Below, in pieces: positions 1 to 8,998 of a stretch of DNA of 32,000 nt; positions within the stretch are counted from its first letter, which is position 1, and each line of letters begins with the position of its first letter. The notes under the pieces are model-generated. The model was not told where the DNA came from. It saw only the letters and a list, made by a program, of their open reading frames with translations, and searched no databases. The translations under genes and the position numbers were made by a program. Source of the stretch: Polyangiaceae bacterium (GTDB lineage Bacteria > Myxococcota_A > Polyangia > Polyangiales > Polyangiaceae); the NCBI GenBank assembly GCA_044376115.1, contig JBILLK010000028.1, positions 102,389 to 134,388 on the forward strand, given 5' to 3'.

Positions 1-834
1 GAGGAGGTAGTCCGCCGTGCACTGCAGATCGACCCCGCACAACGCTTCCAGTCAGCCAAAGAAATGGCCTTCGCACTCGCGCTTGCCGTGGTGCCTGCAG
101 CGCCGAGCGAGGTTGCCGCCACGGTCGAACGCTTGGCGAAGCAGCCCCTCGCCGAGCTGCGACAAACGCTGGTCACGCTCGAGTCGAAGTTAGGCCGCGC
201 CCCGGTACCAAGCTTGTCTGGCTCCGGGTCAAACCCGCAGCGGCGCGTATCGACCGAAGCCGCGGCGCCAGCTCCTGCACGCCCCCACGATTCACGCTGG
301 CCGGGCTTTGCGCCCTCCCGCGGTGCGGGCGAAATCACCCTGACGGGCCCCTCCGTTCAGGAACCAGCGCCAATCGTCGTAGCCCCGCCAAAGGCGCGTT
401 CGCGCCTCAACCTGTTGCTCGCGTTGCTGCTCGCTTCGGTCGCGGTGGGCGGGCTGCTTGGCGTCGTGATGGCCTCGCGAAGCAGCAGGGCCACGGCCAA
501 TCCCAGCGCCGCGCAATTCGACGCCGAACCAGCACTGCCCCAACCCAGCATGGAAGCCAGCGCGACCGCTACCAGCAGCGTGCTTGTGCCCTCGGTCGAA
601 GCGAGCGCATCGGGGCTTGCCCCAGTCGAGCCGGCGGTCACAGCAAGTGCCAGCGCGCAGGTTGCCACCCTGCCGAGCGCCCATACGCCAGCAACGTCGC
701 CCCGTGTGCAACCCACCTCCACTGTGCCAACCTCCGCGCCAGTGCCAACCCCGAGCGACTGCGATCCGCCCTATGAAGTCGATCAGAATGGGGTCAAGCG
801 GGTGAAGACGCGTTGCTTTAAAGTTCGCCCATGA
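1..834 (+). CDS. Ser/Thr protein kinase, C-terminal part (5' end lies outside the window), with a TM segment and a Pro/Ser/Thr-rich tail
   Basis: Frame 1 is open from base 1 and reads EEVVRRALQIDPAQRFQSAKEM, the typical end of a Hanks-type kinase domain. A hydrophobic segment LNLLLALLLASVAVGGLLGVVMA and a low-complexity tail follow. The stop overlaps the next start as ATGA at 831-834. Confidence 0.7.
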   Translation, partial: EEVVRRALQIDPAQRFQSAKEMAFALALAVVPAAPSEVAATVERLAKQPLAELRQTLVTLESKLGRAPVPSLSGSGSNPQRRVSTEAAAPAPARPHDSRWPGFAPSRGAGEITLTGPSVQEPAPIVVAPPKARSRLNLLLALLLASVAVGGLLGVVMASRSSRATANPSAAQFDAEPALPQPSMEASATATSSVLVPSVEASASGLAPVEPAVTASASAQVATLPSAHTPATSPRVQPTSTVPTSAPVPTPSDCDPPYEVDQNGVKRVKTRCFKVRP

Positions 835-1631
835 GTCTGGTTTGGCGTTACTCGATTCTCGGCATCGGTTCGCTGTTCGCAGCTGGTGTTGCTGCTCGAG
901 AGGCGCCCGCTCAAGAAGTCACGCAAACCTGTATTCGTTCGTTCGAGCAAGCCGGGGAGCAGCGCAAGATCTTTCAGGATTACGTGCGCGCTCGAGCCGA
1001 AGCGCTGCGTTGCAGTGAGACCTGTCCGGCGCAGTTGGCCTTCGAGTGCAGAACGTGGATGGCGCAAGACGCAACCAAAGTGGCGCACCTCGAGCTGAGC
1101 TCGACGCTGCCGTTTGCTTCGCTCACGGTAAAGCTCGACGGCGTCGTGCTAACCACACCCCTGTCCGAGGTAAATCCCGGCATCCACCGCGTGGAGGCCG
1201 TCGCCGACGGCTATGAGCCGCTGCAGATCGAACTGATGCTCGCAGAAGGTCAACGCGCAAAGCAGCAGCTCGCGTTCGTCGCGGCCACGCCCAAAGTGGT
1301 CCCCGAGAAGGAAGCTCGCGAGCTCTCGGTCCCCGGCATCATCATTGGTTCTATTGGCTTGAGCAGCTTGGCAGCGGCCGGGATCCTTGCCGGGCTCGGG
1401 CACCTCGAGGCGAGCCGTTTACGCGAGGAGTGCGCGCCCAATTGCTTGGCAAGCGACGTGAGCTTGATCGAGCGTGAGTGGATTGCCAGCGGGGTTTTGG
1501 CTGGCGTCGGGCTCGCAGGGATGATCGCCGGCGGCGTCCTTGTCGGGATGAGCTTTGGCGAGGAGTCGACAACAGCGTCGTTGCAGCTAGCGCCAGGCAA
1601 GGCGGAGCTAGTCCTCGCCACTTCCTTCTAG
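831..1631 (+). CDS. Membrane protein with a PEGA-like domain and C-terminal TM segments
   Basis: N-terminal signal-like MSLVWRYSILGIGSLFAAGVAA. The segment LTVKLDGVVLTTPLSEVNPGIHRVEAVADGYEPLQIELMLAEGQ resembles a PEGA fold motif. Two Gly/Ala-rich hydrophobic helices lie near the C-terminus. Translationally coupled to the upstream kinase (ATGA). Confidence 0.6.
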   Translation: MSLVWRYSILGIGSLFAAGVAAREAPAQEVTQTCIRSFEQAGEQRKIFQDYVRARAEALRCSETCPAQLAFECRTWMAQDATKVAHLELSSTLPFASLTVKLDGVVLTTPLSEVNPGIHRVEAVADGYEPLQIELMLAEGQRAKQQLAFVAATPKVVPEKEARELSVPGIIIGSIGLSSLAAAGILAGLGHLEASRLREECAPNCLASDVSLIEREWIASGVLAGVGLAGMIAGGVLVGMSFGEESTTASLQLAPGKAELVLATSF

Positions 1632-1640
1632 AGGTTAGCT

Positions 1641-3461
1641 ATGGCTTCTCCTGGTGTGGTTTGCGATCGTTTGAACCTGCGGCATCTACTGCTTCTTGGC
1701 GCAATTGGAGTTAGCGCTTGCGACCTCTCCGATCTAACGGACGGCAAGAGCGGTGGAGGCGGCACGGGCGGTACGGGCGGTAACCAAGCTGGTGGTGGAA
1801 GCGGTGGTACGGGTGGTGGCGGCAACGGCGCTGGTGGAGCCTCGACGGGTGGCGGCGGCACGGGCGGCACGGGCGGCACGGGCGGCGACCCAACCTGCGA
1901 GTCAGGGTCTCCCTTCGAGTGGATGATTGCGATCGGCAATGAGGAGTCCCAAGCGGTCAGCGTGACCGACGACGCACCGACCAATACGCTCCCTTCGAGC
2001 ATTCGCGTCGCCGAGGTACCAGCAGCGCTCGGAGGCGGCTTCATCACAGTGATGCTCACCACCGGCGTGCTCGACTTGGCAGGGCCGGTCGGCGTAGACG
2101 GTGCTCGCTCAATCTTCGTCGTCCACTTTTCAGCGGCCGGCGAAGTGATCGCTGCCAAAGCGCACACACAGCCGGTCGAACAAGTTGAGCTCCCGGATCA
2201 GGCCCGCTCGATCGATGACATCGTCGTCCACGAGACGGGGCGCGTGTTCGTGGTTGGACGGGCGGGCTTTCTACCCCTCACGTTGAGCAGCCCTGACGCA
2301 CCGATCGAGCTTCTCACGGACGGCATGCACGATGACGCCTTCTTGGCGGCGTTCGACCTAAGCGGCAATGCCCTGGAGGCTGTTCGGCTGGTGAGCACTG
2401 GCGCGCTAGCGGCGAGCGACGAACTCAAGGGCGCTGTGCAAGCACGCGGACTGGTGGCACTCGACGGGGAGATAGGGGTGGTTGGGTACTACCACCGCGG
2501 GCTGAGCTTCATCGACGGGGCTGGCCAAGCGCTGCCCTTGTGTCCCGCGCTCCCGACGGCGAACGGAACGAAGAACGGCTTCATCATGATGTTACCCGCG
2601 CAAGCGCCGCTCTCCGGTTGCTCGCGCGCGCGCGCGTTCGTCGGAACCGGGGACGTGCGCATCTCGCCAACGAGTGTCACGGCGAGCGACTCGCAGCTCC
2701 TCCTTGCCGCTGATTTCGATGTGCGTACGAACAGCAATTCGGTCGAGCAACAGCTGACGCTCAACACCTCTCCAGCGTGGGTACTCGATTCAGCGGTGGA
2801 CGATCACTTCAGCGAGGCGATGGTGATCGCTCTGGAGCAAACGATGCTGACGCCAGAATGGGTCTCCCTGATCGAGACCAGCGGCGGCGTCAACGACCAC
2901 GCTGCTGCCGTTTCGGTCGATGAAGGTGGGACCATTTGGGTGGTGGGCAAGGGCGTATCGATCAACGATGTGAGCAATTCTATCGATGTCTCGCGCAAAT
3001 TTCCGTCAGCAGCTCAGACTTGCACGCGCACAATCAATACGCTCAAGTCACGCGGCGTCATCACAGCGCTGAGTCCCACGGGCGACTGTCAGGCGGTGGT
3101 GGACTACGCCTACGAATCGTCGATCGAGAGTTCACTGGTTCTCAACGGCACACCTTGGTTTGGGGGCTACGCCACGACCAGCGCCTTTCCTCCTGGCCAG
3201 CTGGCGAGCTATGGCGCCGCTGGGCTCGATCCCTACGGCCTGTTGCTGAGCCCCACTCTGGAGCCAGCCAACATCAACGCCGCAGGCCTGCTGGTTGGCG
3301 GGCCCGGCCGAGTTCGCAGCTATGAGCTGAGCGCAGTGGGGGACAAAATCCTTATGGCCGGCATCATGAGCGAAGGCTTCCTCGACTTGCCCTGCCCCAG
3401 CGACGCTGCAGCGCAAGTCGATTTCTTCCTCGCGCTCTACGACCCCGCACAAGGGCCGTGA
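1641..3461 (+). CDS. Lipoprotein with a long Gly-rich linker, function unknown
   Basis: Lipobox-like LLLLGAIGVSAC. Then GGGGTGGTGGNQAGGGSGGTGGGGNGAGGASTGGGGTGGTGGTGG, followed by about 500 aa of beta-rich sequence with no motif I recognise. Confidence 0.7.
   Translation: MASPGVVCDRLNLRHLLLLGAIGVSACDLSDLTDGKSGGGGTGGTGGNQAGGGSGGTGGGGNGAGGASTGGGGTGGTGGTGGDPTCESGSPFEWMIAIGNEESQAVSVTDDAPTNTLPSSIRVAEVPAALGGGFITVMLTTGVLDLAGPVGVDGARSIFVVHFSAAGEVIAAKAHTQPVEQVELPDQARSIDDIVVHETGRVFVVGRAGFLPLTLSSPDAPIELLTDGMHDDAFLAAFDLSGNALEAVRLVSTGALAASDELKGAVQARGLVALDGEIGVVGYYHRGLSFIDGAGQALPLCPALPTANGTKNGFIMMLPAQAPLSGCSRARAFVGTGDVRISPTSVTASDSQLLLAADFDVRTNSNSVEQQLTLNTSPAWVLDSAVDDHFSEAMVIALEQTMLTPEWVSLIETSGGVNDHAAAVSVDEGGTIWVVGKGVSINDVSNSIDVSRKFPSAAQTCTRTINTLKSRGVITALSPTGDCQAVVDYAYESSIESSLVLNGTPWFGGYATTSAFPPGQLASYGAAGLDPYGLLLSPTLEPANINAAGLLVGGPGRVRSYELSAVGDKILMAGIMSEGFLDLPCPSDAAAQVDFFLALYDPAQGP
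1857..1883. repeat. Perfect 9-bp tandem repeat (ggcacgggc x3) inside the Gly-rich linker coding region
   Basis: Three identical head-to-tail units counted directly at 1857-1865, 1866-1874 and 1875-1883. Similar units occur near 1761-1781. Confidence 0.8.
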
Positions 3462-3463
3462 AC

Positions 3464-4537
3464 TCAGATTCGGCTGGCCAAGAGCTCACGAACGAACGCT
3501 GACGCGGCCTTGGTTCCGAGCTCTCCACCAACGTCACGCGTGCACTTGTGCGCGTCGAGCGCCTCGGTGATCGCCGCCTCAATCAGCGGCTCGAACTTGG
3601 CGTGACCGAGATGGGTCATCATCATCCCCACCGTCAAAAACGAGGCGAACGGGTTGGCGACGTCTTTGCCCGCGAGCGGCGGAGCAGAGCCATGCACCGG
3701 CTCGAACAAGGCCACGCGCTGCGTATCCGAACCATGCACGTTGGCGCTCGCGGCCATGCCGAGACCACCCTGCAACGCTGCGCCGAGATCCGTCACGATG
3801 TCGCCGAACAAGTTGTTCGTCACCACCACGTCGAACTGCGTCGGGTCTTGGATCATGAACAGACACAGCGCATCCACGTACACGTGACGAGCCTCGATCG
3901 CCGGGTACTCTTTGGCGACTTCTTGGAACGTCCTCAGCCAAAGCTCGTGCGCAAAGCGCATCGCGTTCGACTTGTCGGCCATGCACACGCGCTTCTTGCC
4001 GTTCTTGGTCGCCCACTCGAACGCCGCGCGAATGATCCGCTCCACGCCTTTGCGCGTGTTGACGTCCTCGTTGATGCCGATCTCGTCGGCGGTGCCCTTC
4101 TTGAACTGGCCACCAAACCCGACGTAGACGCCCTCGGTGTTCTCACGAAAGACCACGATGTCGATGTCCTTCGCCAGGCGCCCTTTGAGCGGCACCAACC
4201 GATCCGAAAGCACGCGAACCGGCCGCACATTGGCGAACAAATCGTAGCCGAAGCGCATGCCAAACAGGATGTCGCGCGCGTGCTCGAGCCCGGGGACGCG
4301 CGGATCTCCGAGCGCGCCGAGCAACACCGCTCGACACTCATTGCGCAGCTGATCGGCGATCGCTTGAGGGAAGGTCGTGCCGTCCCTCAAGTAGCGATCC
4401 GCGCCGAGATCGAGATCGAGAAAATCCAGAGATACGCCACCCTTGTCACGGAGCAGCTCCAGCAAAAGCCTCGCTTCACGAATGACTTCGGGACCGATGC
4501 CGTCTCCGCCGAGGATGGCGATCTTCTGGGTGGTCAT
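3464..4537 (-). CDS. leuB: 3-isopropylmalate dehydrogenase (isocitrate/isopropylmalate dehydrogenase family)
   Basis: MTTQKIAILGGDGIGPEV N-terminus, NLFGDIVTDLGAALQGGLGMAASANV and FEPVHGSAPPLAGKDVANP motifs, 357 aa. The layout is close to actinobacterial-type LeuB as I recall it. Confidence 0.8.
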   Translation of the reverse strand: MTTQKIAILGGDGIGPEVIREARLLLELLRDKGGVSLDFLDLDLGADRYLRDGTTFPQAIADQLRNECRAVLLGALGDPRVPGLEHARDILFGMRFGYDLFANVRPVRVLSDRLVPLKGRLAKDIDIVVFRENTEGVYVGFGGQFKKGTADEIGINEDVNTRKGVERIIRAAFEWATKNGKKRVCMADKSNAMRFAHELWLRTFQEVAKEYPAIEARHVYVDALCLFMIQDPTQFDVVVTNNLFGDIVTDLGAALQGGLGMAASANVHGSDTQRVALFEPVHGSAPPLAGKDVANPFASFLTVGMMMTHLGHAKFEPLIEAAITEALDAHKCTRDVGGELGTKAASAFVRELLASRI

Positions 4538-4540
4538 CGC

Positions 4541-5653
4541 TCAGCCGAGCGCCTTTTCAATCGCCACGTACTCGAGGCCGTGCGCGTCCGCGACGCCCTT
4601 GTAGGTGCAAGCGCCACCGAAGGTGTTGAGCCCGAGGAGGAGCGCTCGGTCGGCCTTGGCAGCCGCCACGACGCCCTGGTTCGCCAACTTGATGGCATAG
4701 GCCATGGTGGTGTTGGTGAGTGCCCACGTGCTGGTGTTGGGGACCGCGCCGGGCATGTTGGCCACGCAGTAGTGAACGACGCCGTCGACCTCGAAGGTCG
4801 GGTTGTCATGAGTGGTCGGTCGGCAGGTCTCGATGCAACCACCCTGATCCACGGCGACGTCCACAACGACGCTGCCCTTTTCCATTCGCGGCAGGAGCGC
4901 GCGCGGCACGAGCGTGGGAGCCTTCGCTCCGGCGACGAGGACGGCGCCGATCACGAGGTCGGCCTGTTCCACGCAGCGCTCGATGTTGTCGGGGTTCGAG
5001 TAGAGCGTCTCGATGGCGCCACCGAACACGTCCTCGAGGTACGCCATCACGTCGGCGCGGACGTCGAGGAGCGTGACCTGCGCGCCCATGCCCACGGCGA
5101 TGGTTGCAGCGTTCTTACCAACGACGCCGCCGCCCAAGATCACCACGCGACCGCGACGCGTACCGGGCACGCCACCGAGCAGCACACCCTTACCGCCGTG
5201 CTCTTTCTCGAGGCAGCTGGCACCGACCTGCACCGCCATGCGCCCTGCAACCTCACTCATCGGCTTGAGCAGCGGCAGCGTGTGATCGGGCAGCTCGATC
5301 GTCTCGTAGGCGACGCCCGCCACGCCCGTTCGCACGAGCTCCTTGGTCAGCTCGGCCTCGGCAGCGAGATGGAGGTACGTGTACAGGATGAGGTCCTTGC
5401 GGAAGAAGCCGTACTCGGCCTTGAGCGGCTCCTTCACCTTGACGACCATCTGTGCGGCCCAGGCATCTGCTGCGCTGCTCACGATGGTTGCGCCGGCCTT
5501 CACGTAGGCCTCGTCGGAGATGCCGCTGCCTTCACCGGCCGACTTCTCGACGACGACTTTGTGGCCGTGCTGCACGAGGGAGCGAACACCGGCCGGGGTC
5601 ATGCCAACGCGGTACTCTCTAGTCTTGATTTCCTTGGGAACTCCGATGAGCAC
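4541..5653 (-). CDS. ald: Alanine dehydrogenase
   Basis: [24 protein letters not shown]-terminus and the Rossmann motif [14 protein letters not shown], 370 aa. GAAGGAG-type RBS a few nt upstream of the start on the minus strand. Confidence 0.9.
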   Translation of the reverse strand: MLIGVPKEIKTREYRVGMTPAGVRSLVQHGHKVVVEKSAGEGSGISDEAYVKAGATIVSSAADAWAAQMVVKVKEPLKAEYGFFRKDLILYTYLHLAAEAELTKELVRTGVAGVAYETIELPDHTLPLLKPMSEVAGRMAVQVGASCLEKEHGGKGVLLGGVPGTRRGRVVILGGGVVGKNAATIAVGMGAQVTLLDVRADVMAYLEDVFGGAIETLYSNPDNIERCVEQADLVIGAVLVAGAKAPTLVPRALLPRMEKGSVVVDVAVDQGGCIETCRPTTHDNPTFEVDGVVHYCVANMPGAVPNTSTWALTNTTMAYAIKLANQGVVAAAKADRALLLGLNTFGGACTYKGVADAHGLEYVAIEKALG

Positions 5654-5832
5654 GGTGAACTCCTTCGTGGGTGGCCTCGCGAGAAGGCGACACAGATATC
5701 TAATGGCGGTTGAGAAACGTCAGACGCTTTGCCCGACGGCGCGGACCATACCAGAAGTGCACGCGAGCGAGACGCCTGCGTGGGCGCCTTCGTTGCGATC
5801 TACGCCGCAGCGCGTCGCGACCGCGAACCTGG

Positions 5833-6522
5833 CTAGCGGGTTCGGATCCCGCCCAGCAAGATCTCAGAAATCAGCCACTTTCGACGCTCCAACGAGGCCC
5901 CGCCGTGTTCCTCCGGGAGCAGGATCCCGAGCACTGGCGCATCCACGATGGGGTAGAGAATCAACGACAGCCCGGCTCGCACCATTTCACTCGGCTGGAC
6001 ATCGGAGCGCAGCTCACCCGTCCCTTGGAGGTTGGTGGTGATCTCCACCACCGCAGAGAGCAGCGCGTGCGTCCGCTCCTGAATGATGCTCACCAGCGTG
6101 CCCGCCCCCGCGAGCACCTCACTGCGCATGATCGCCAGCAGTTTCTGGTGGGCTGCGGAGAAGTCCACCATCACGTCAACGAAACCACGGACGATCCCTT
6201 CCACGTCGCGCTTGGTCTCGAGCACGTGCCAGGAGGCCGTGGACATCTGATCCACGGCGCGCTTCACCACGGCCTCATAAAGCCCGTGCTTGTCGGCGAA
6301 ATAATGATGAATCAGCGCTGGCTGAACCTGCGCACCCACTGCGATCTCACGCAGCCGGGCACCCGCAAAACCGTGGGCCGCAAACTCGGCCTCGGCTGCG
6401 TCTAGAATCCGCTCTTGGGTGAGCGCCGAGCTTCTCTCGCGCTTAGGCGCTGGACCCCGGGCGCTCTGCTGAGCTTCCAGCGTGCGCTTGTCGTCGTCGT
6501 CGTCGCTTTCAGGCGGTGGCAT
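5833..6522 (-). CDS. TetR/AcrR family transcriptional regulator
   Basis: HTH region ERILDAAEAEFAAHGFAGARLREIAVGAQVQPALIHHYFADKHGLYEAV. Overlaps the stop of the upstream di-iron gene by 14 nt, which implies one operon. Confidence 0.85.
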   Translation of the reverse strand: MPPPESDDDDDKRTLEAQQSARGPAPKRERSSALTQERILDAAEAEFAAHGFAGARLREIAVGAQVQPALIHHYFADKHGLYEAVVKRAVDQMSTASWHVLETKRDVEGIVRGFVDVMVDFSAAHQKLLAIMRSEVLAGAGTLVSIIQERTHALLSAVVEITTNLQGTGELRSDVQPSEMVRAGLSLILYPIVDAPVLGILLPEEHGGASLERRKWLISEILLGGIRTR

Positions 6523-7552
6523 CCCACGTTTCGTACTGAATCACGCGCAACTCTTCAAAGCCCTTCCGCACTTTGGGCGTAAGAAGTCCAAGCCGCTTAA
6601 CATTTGGCACGATTTTGGAGAACAGCAGAGTCTGAAAAGTCTGCATGATCGGGCTATTTCGCACCGCGTCGAGGCAGTCGGCCACCGGCAACCCGAGATT
6701 CTCCCAAACCTCTTGCATGAGAAAGCGATCTCGCATTAGGCGCGAGGCCTCGATGATGAACTCCTCCCGGTCGCGCAGCTCCGACTCGGACATGTCGTCG
6801 TAGACCCCGCGCAAGGAGAGGACGCCAAACGCAACATGGCGCGACTCATCGAGCATGATGCGATGAACGATGTCGCGGATCAGCGGCTCGTTCGAGGTCT
6901 GGGAGATGATGCCAAACGCGGCGAGCGCCAAGCCCTCTACCATGATCTGCATGCCCAAGAACTTCAGGTCCCAGCGGGTTTCACGCAGGATCTCGTCGAG
7001 CAGTTGCTTGAGGTGCGGCGAGACCGGGTACGTCAGCTCGATCTTCTCACGCAAGTAACGCTCATAGGCCTCGACGTGCCGCGCCTCATCCATCACCTGC
7101 GAAGCGGCGTAGAGCTTGGCCTCGGCGTCAGGCACCGAGCACACGATCTGCGACGTGGCGAGCAATGCACCCTGCTCACCGTGCAGGAAGTTCGACAACA
7201 AGTAGGAGGACGCGTGCCGCCGAACTTCGGGCAACTCACGCTTGGAGAGCCGGTTCCACACGTCCGTCCCGAAGATCGGGATGAACTGATCCGGCACATT
7301 CTCCGCCTGAGGATCCACCGGCGTTCCCCACGCAAGCTCGGTCTTGGCGTTCCACTGATGGTCCTTCGCCTTCTCGTAGAGCGCTCGCAGATCAGCGCGG
7401 CCGTCGTAGCCCAGCGTGAAAGCCGTATCCAACTCGGAGCGAAGCCAGTCCACCCCAACAGGCTCCGCATCGTTCTGAGCGCGCAGCGTTCGACGCGGTT
7501 CACTCGGGCGGGGAACGGGAATCGTTGGAACGAACTTCTCGGCTGCGCTCAT
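6509..7552 (-). CDS. Ferritin-like di-iron (AurF / R2-like) oxygenase family protein
   Basis: Two carboxylate-bridged di-iron signatures, DEARHVEAYERY and DESRHVAFG, plus MVEGLALAAF helices. AGGAGG RBS upstream of the ATG. Confidence 0.7.
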   Translation of the reverse strand: MSAAEKFVPTIPVPRPSEPRRTLRAQNDAEPVGVDWLRSELDTAFTLGYDGRADLRALYEKAKDHQWNAKTELAWGTPVDPQAENVPDQFIPIFGTDVWNRLSKRELPEVRRHASSYLLSNFLHGEQGALLATSQIVCSVPDAEAKLYAASQVMDEARHVEAYERYLREKIELTYPVSPHLKQLLDEILRETRWDLKFLGMQIMVEGLALAAFGIISQTSNEPLIRDIVHRIMLDESRHVAFGVLSLRGVYDDMSESELRDREEFIIEASRLMRDRFLMQEVWENLGLPVADCLDAVRNSPIMQTFQTLLFSKIVPNVKRLGLLTPKVRKGFEELRVIQYETWDATA

Positions 7553-7572
7553 GGTGCCTCCTGGTTTTTTAC

Positions 7573-7601
7573 TTTTTAGTTTATCAACTACCCATTGGCA
7601 A
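7573..7601 (-). promoter_or_regulatory. Candidate sigma70-type promoter for the di-iron oxygenase/TetR operon, inside a strongly AT-rich patch
   Basis: Minus strand reads TTGCCA, 17 nt, TAAAAA, about 20 nt upstream of AGGAGG and the ATG. A CAACT-N11-AGTTG inverted repeat (7585-7605) and two direct CTTTTTAGTT copies (7572-7581, 7614-7623) overlap it and could form a TetR operator. Confidence 0.3.
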
Positions 7602-7761
7602 GTTGCTGACTTTCTTTTTAGTTAATTCCATGCGCCAGCTCGCGCCCTCGGGCGTTGGCTTGGACTGGCGCATCGGTGGCGCACCACGGCAATCACCCGC
7701 CCAGCCAAGGCAGCCAGCGGGTCCCAATCGCGAAGATGGGTGGCTATAGCTGCCGCGCGGA

Positions 7762-8580
7762 TTAGCCGAGCTCAGCGACAAATGTGCGCCGCGCTGGGCC
7801 GAGCATCTGAACAGCTCCCTCCGGCGTGCAGCGGATGCTCAGCTCGCCACCGGGCAATTGGACGGTGGTGGGGTGATCGAACGCCAGCCTGCCGTCCAAA
7901 GCAGCAGCAAAGACGGTTGCACAAGCACCCGTCCCACACGCCTGCGTATAGCCAACCCCGCGTTCCCAAACGACCAGATCGATCGTGCTCTCGTCGCGAA
8001 CCGTGGCGAACTCGACGTTGGTGAGCCCTTGCCGACTGTGCTCGAGCAGCACCGCCAACTCGTCACGATTCACTGCGGGAAAAGGCTCAAACAAGATCGC
8101 GTGCGGGTTTCCGATATTGATGTCGCGCAAGCGTACCATTGCACCGAGCAAGGTGAGCTCTCGGACGCCCTCATCGCGAGCAGGCCCCATGCTCACGCTC
8201 ACGTTGAAGGCTTCTTCGCCGCGCTCGACGCGACAAAGCTTGAGGCCCGCTTCCGTCTCGACGCTGAACTCGGCGGGTGCACCGTGCGAAACAAGGAACG
8301 CGGCAACGCACCGCAGGCCGTTACCGCACATCTCAGGACGAGAACCATCAGCGTTGTAGACGAACATTTGCGCGACGCCGTTAGCGGCCGCCTTGACCAG
8401 CAGCACGCCGTCCGCGCCAACGCCGCGATGCCGATCACACCACGCGCGAAAGCGTGACTGACGCTCCGCCTCCGCTTGCGCGTCGACGACCCATTCCGGC
8501 AACGCAGAAGCTTCGCGCGCGTCGAACACGACGAAGTCGTTACCGAGACCTTCCCACTTTTCGATTCGAAGACGACTCAT
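7762..8580 (-). CDS. dapF: Diaminopimelate epimerase
   Basis: GLGNDFVVFD, MCGNGLRC and ACGTGACA catalytic-Cys motifs, 272 aa. Confidence 0.9.
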   Translation of the reverse strand: MSRLRIEKWEGLGNDFVVFDAREASALPEWVVDAQAEAERQSRFRAWCDRHRGVGADGVLLVKAAANGVAQMFVYNADGSRPEMCGNGLRCVAAFLVSHGAPAEFSVETEAGLKLCRVERGEEAFNVSVSMGPARDEGVRELTLLGAMVRLRDINIGNPHAILFEPFPAVNRDELAVLLEHSRQGLTNVEFATVRDESTIDLVVWERGVGYTQACGTGACATVFAAALDGRLAFDHPTTVQLPGGELSIRCTPEGAVQMLGPARRTFVAELG

Positions 8581-8879
8581 GGCTTGCGCTCGATGGCTTT
8601 CATAAACACGGCCTCGCTCAGACCAACGATCTCGATCAGCTTGGTGCGACTGCTGTCGCCCTTCACCAATCGCACAGCGCTCTTCGCTACGGCAAAATGA
8701 AGCGCGAGCCCACGCACCAACTCTTCGTTAGCAGCGCCGTCGACAGGTGGTGCTGCCACCGCAACTTCAAGCGCGCCGTTTTTCTCGCCGAGCACTTTGG
8801 TCTTCGATGCTCGCGGCTTGACGTGAACCGAGAAGCGTCCGCACCCATCCACGCTGCTGAAAAGCGGACGCTCCGTCAC
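8577..8879 (-). CDS. DUF167 (YggU-like) family protein
   Basis: VHVKPRASKTKVLGEKNGALEVAVAAPPVDGAANEEL matches the YggU/DUF167 signature. ATGA overlap with the dapF start. Confidence 0.75.
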   Translation of the reverse strand: MTERPLFSSVDGCGRFSVHVKPRASKTKVLGEKNGALEVAVAAPPVDGAANEELVRGLALHFAVAKSAVRLVKGDSSRTKLIEIVGLSEAVFMKAIERKP

Positions 8880-8998
8880 GGCTTGAATCGATGGCAGGTG
8901 TGACGCTGCGTCAAGCGATTGTCCGAAGTCGATGGTTCTCTGACGCCGGAGCCACTTCGTTCATTAAGGCAACCGGAACTCTGGCCGTCAATCAGGAC

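Noticed and set aside
3548-5713. 721-aa ORF on the plus strand spanning leuB and ald
   Set aside because: It lies antisense to two genes with unmistakable family motifs. Its translation is Arg/His/Asp-rich low complexity, typical of shadow ORFs in high-GC DNA.
5710-7579. Plus-strand ORFs 5710-6405 and 6836-7579
   Set aside because: They are antisense to the TetR and di-iron oxygenase genes, which carry clear motifs, and they have no recognisable domains.
7629-7672. 9-bp inverted repeat ATGCGCCAG...CTGGCGCAT downstream of dapF as a terminator
   Set aside because: The loop is 26 nt, and the sequence following it on the minus strand is A-rich rather than U-rich. It is not a convincing intrinsic terminator.
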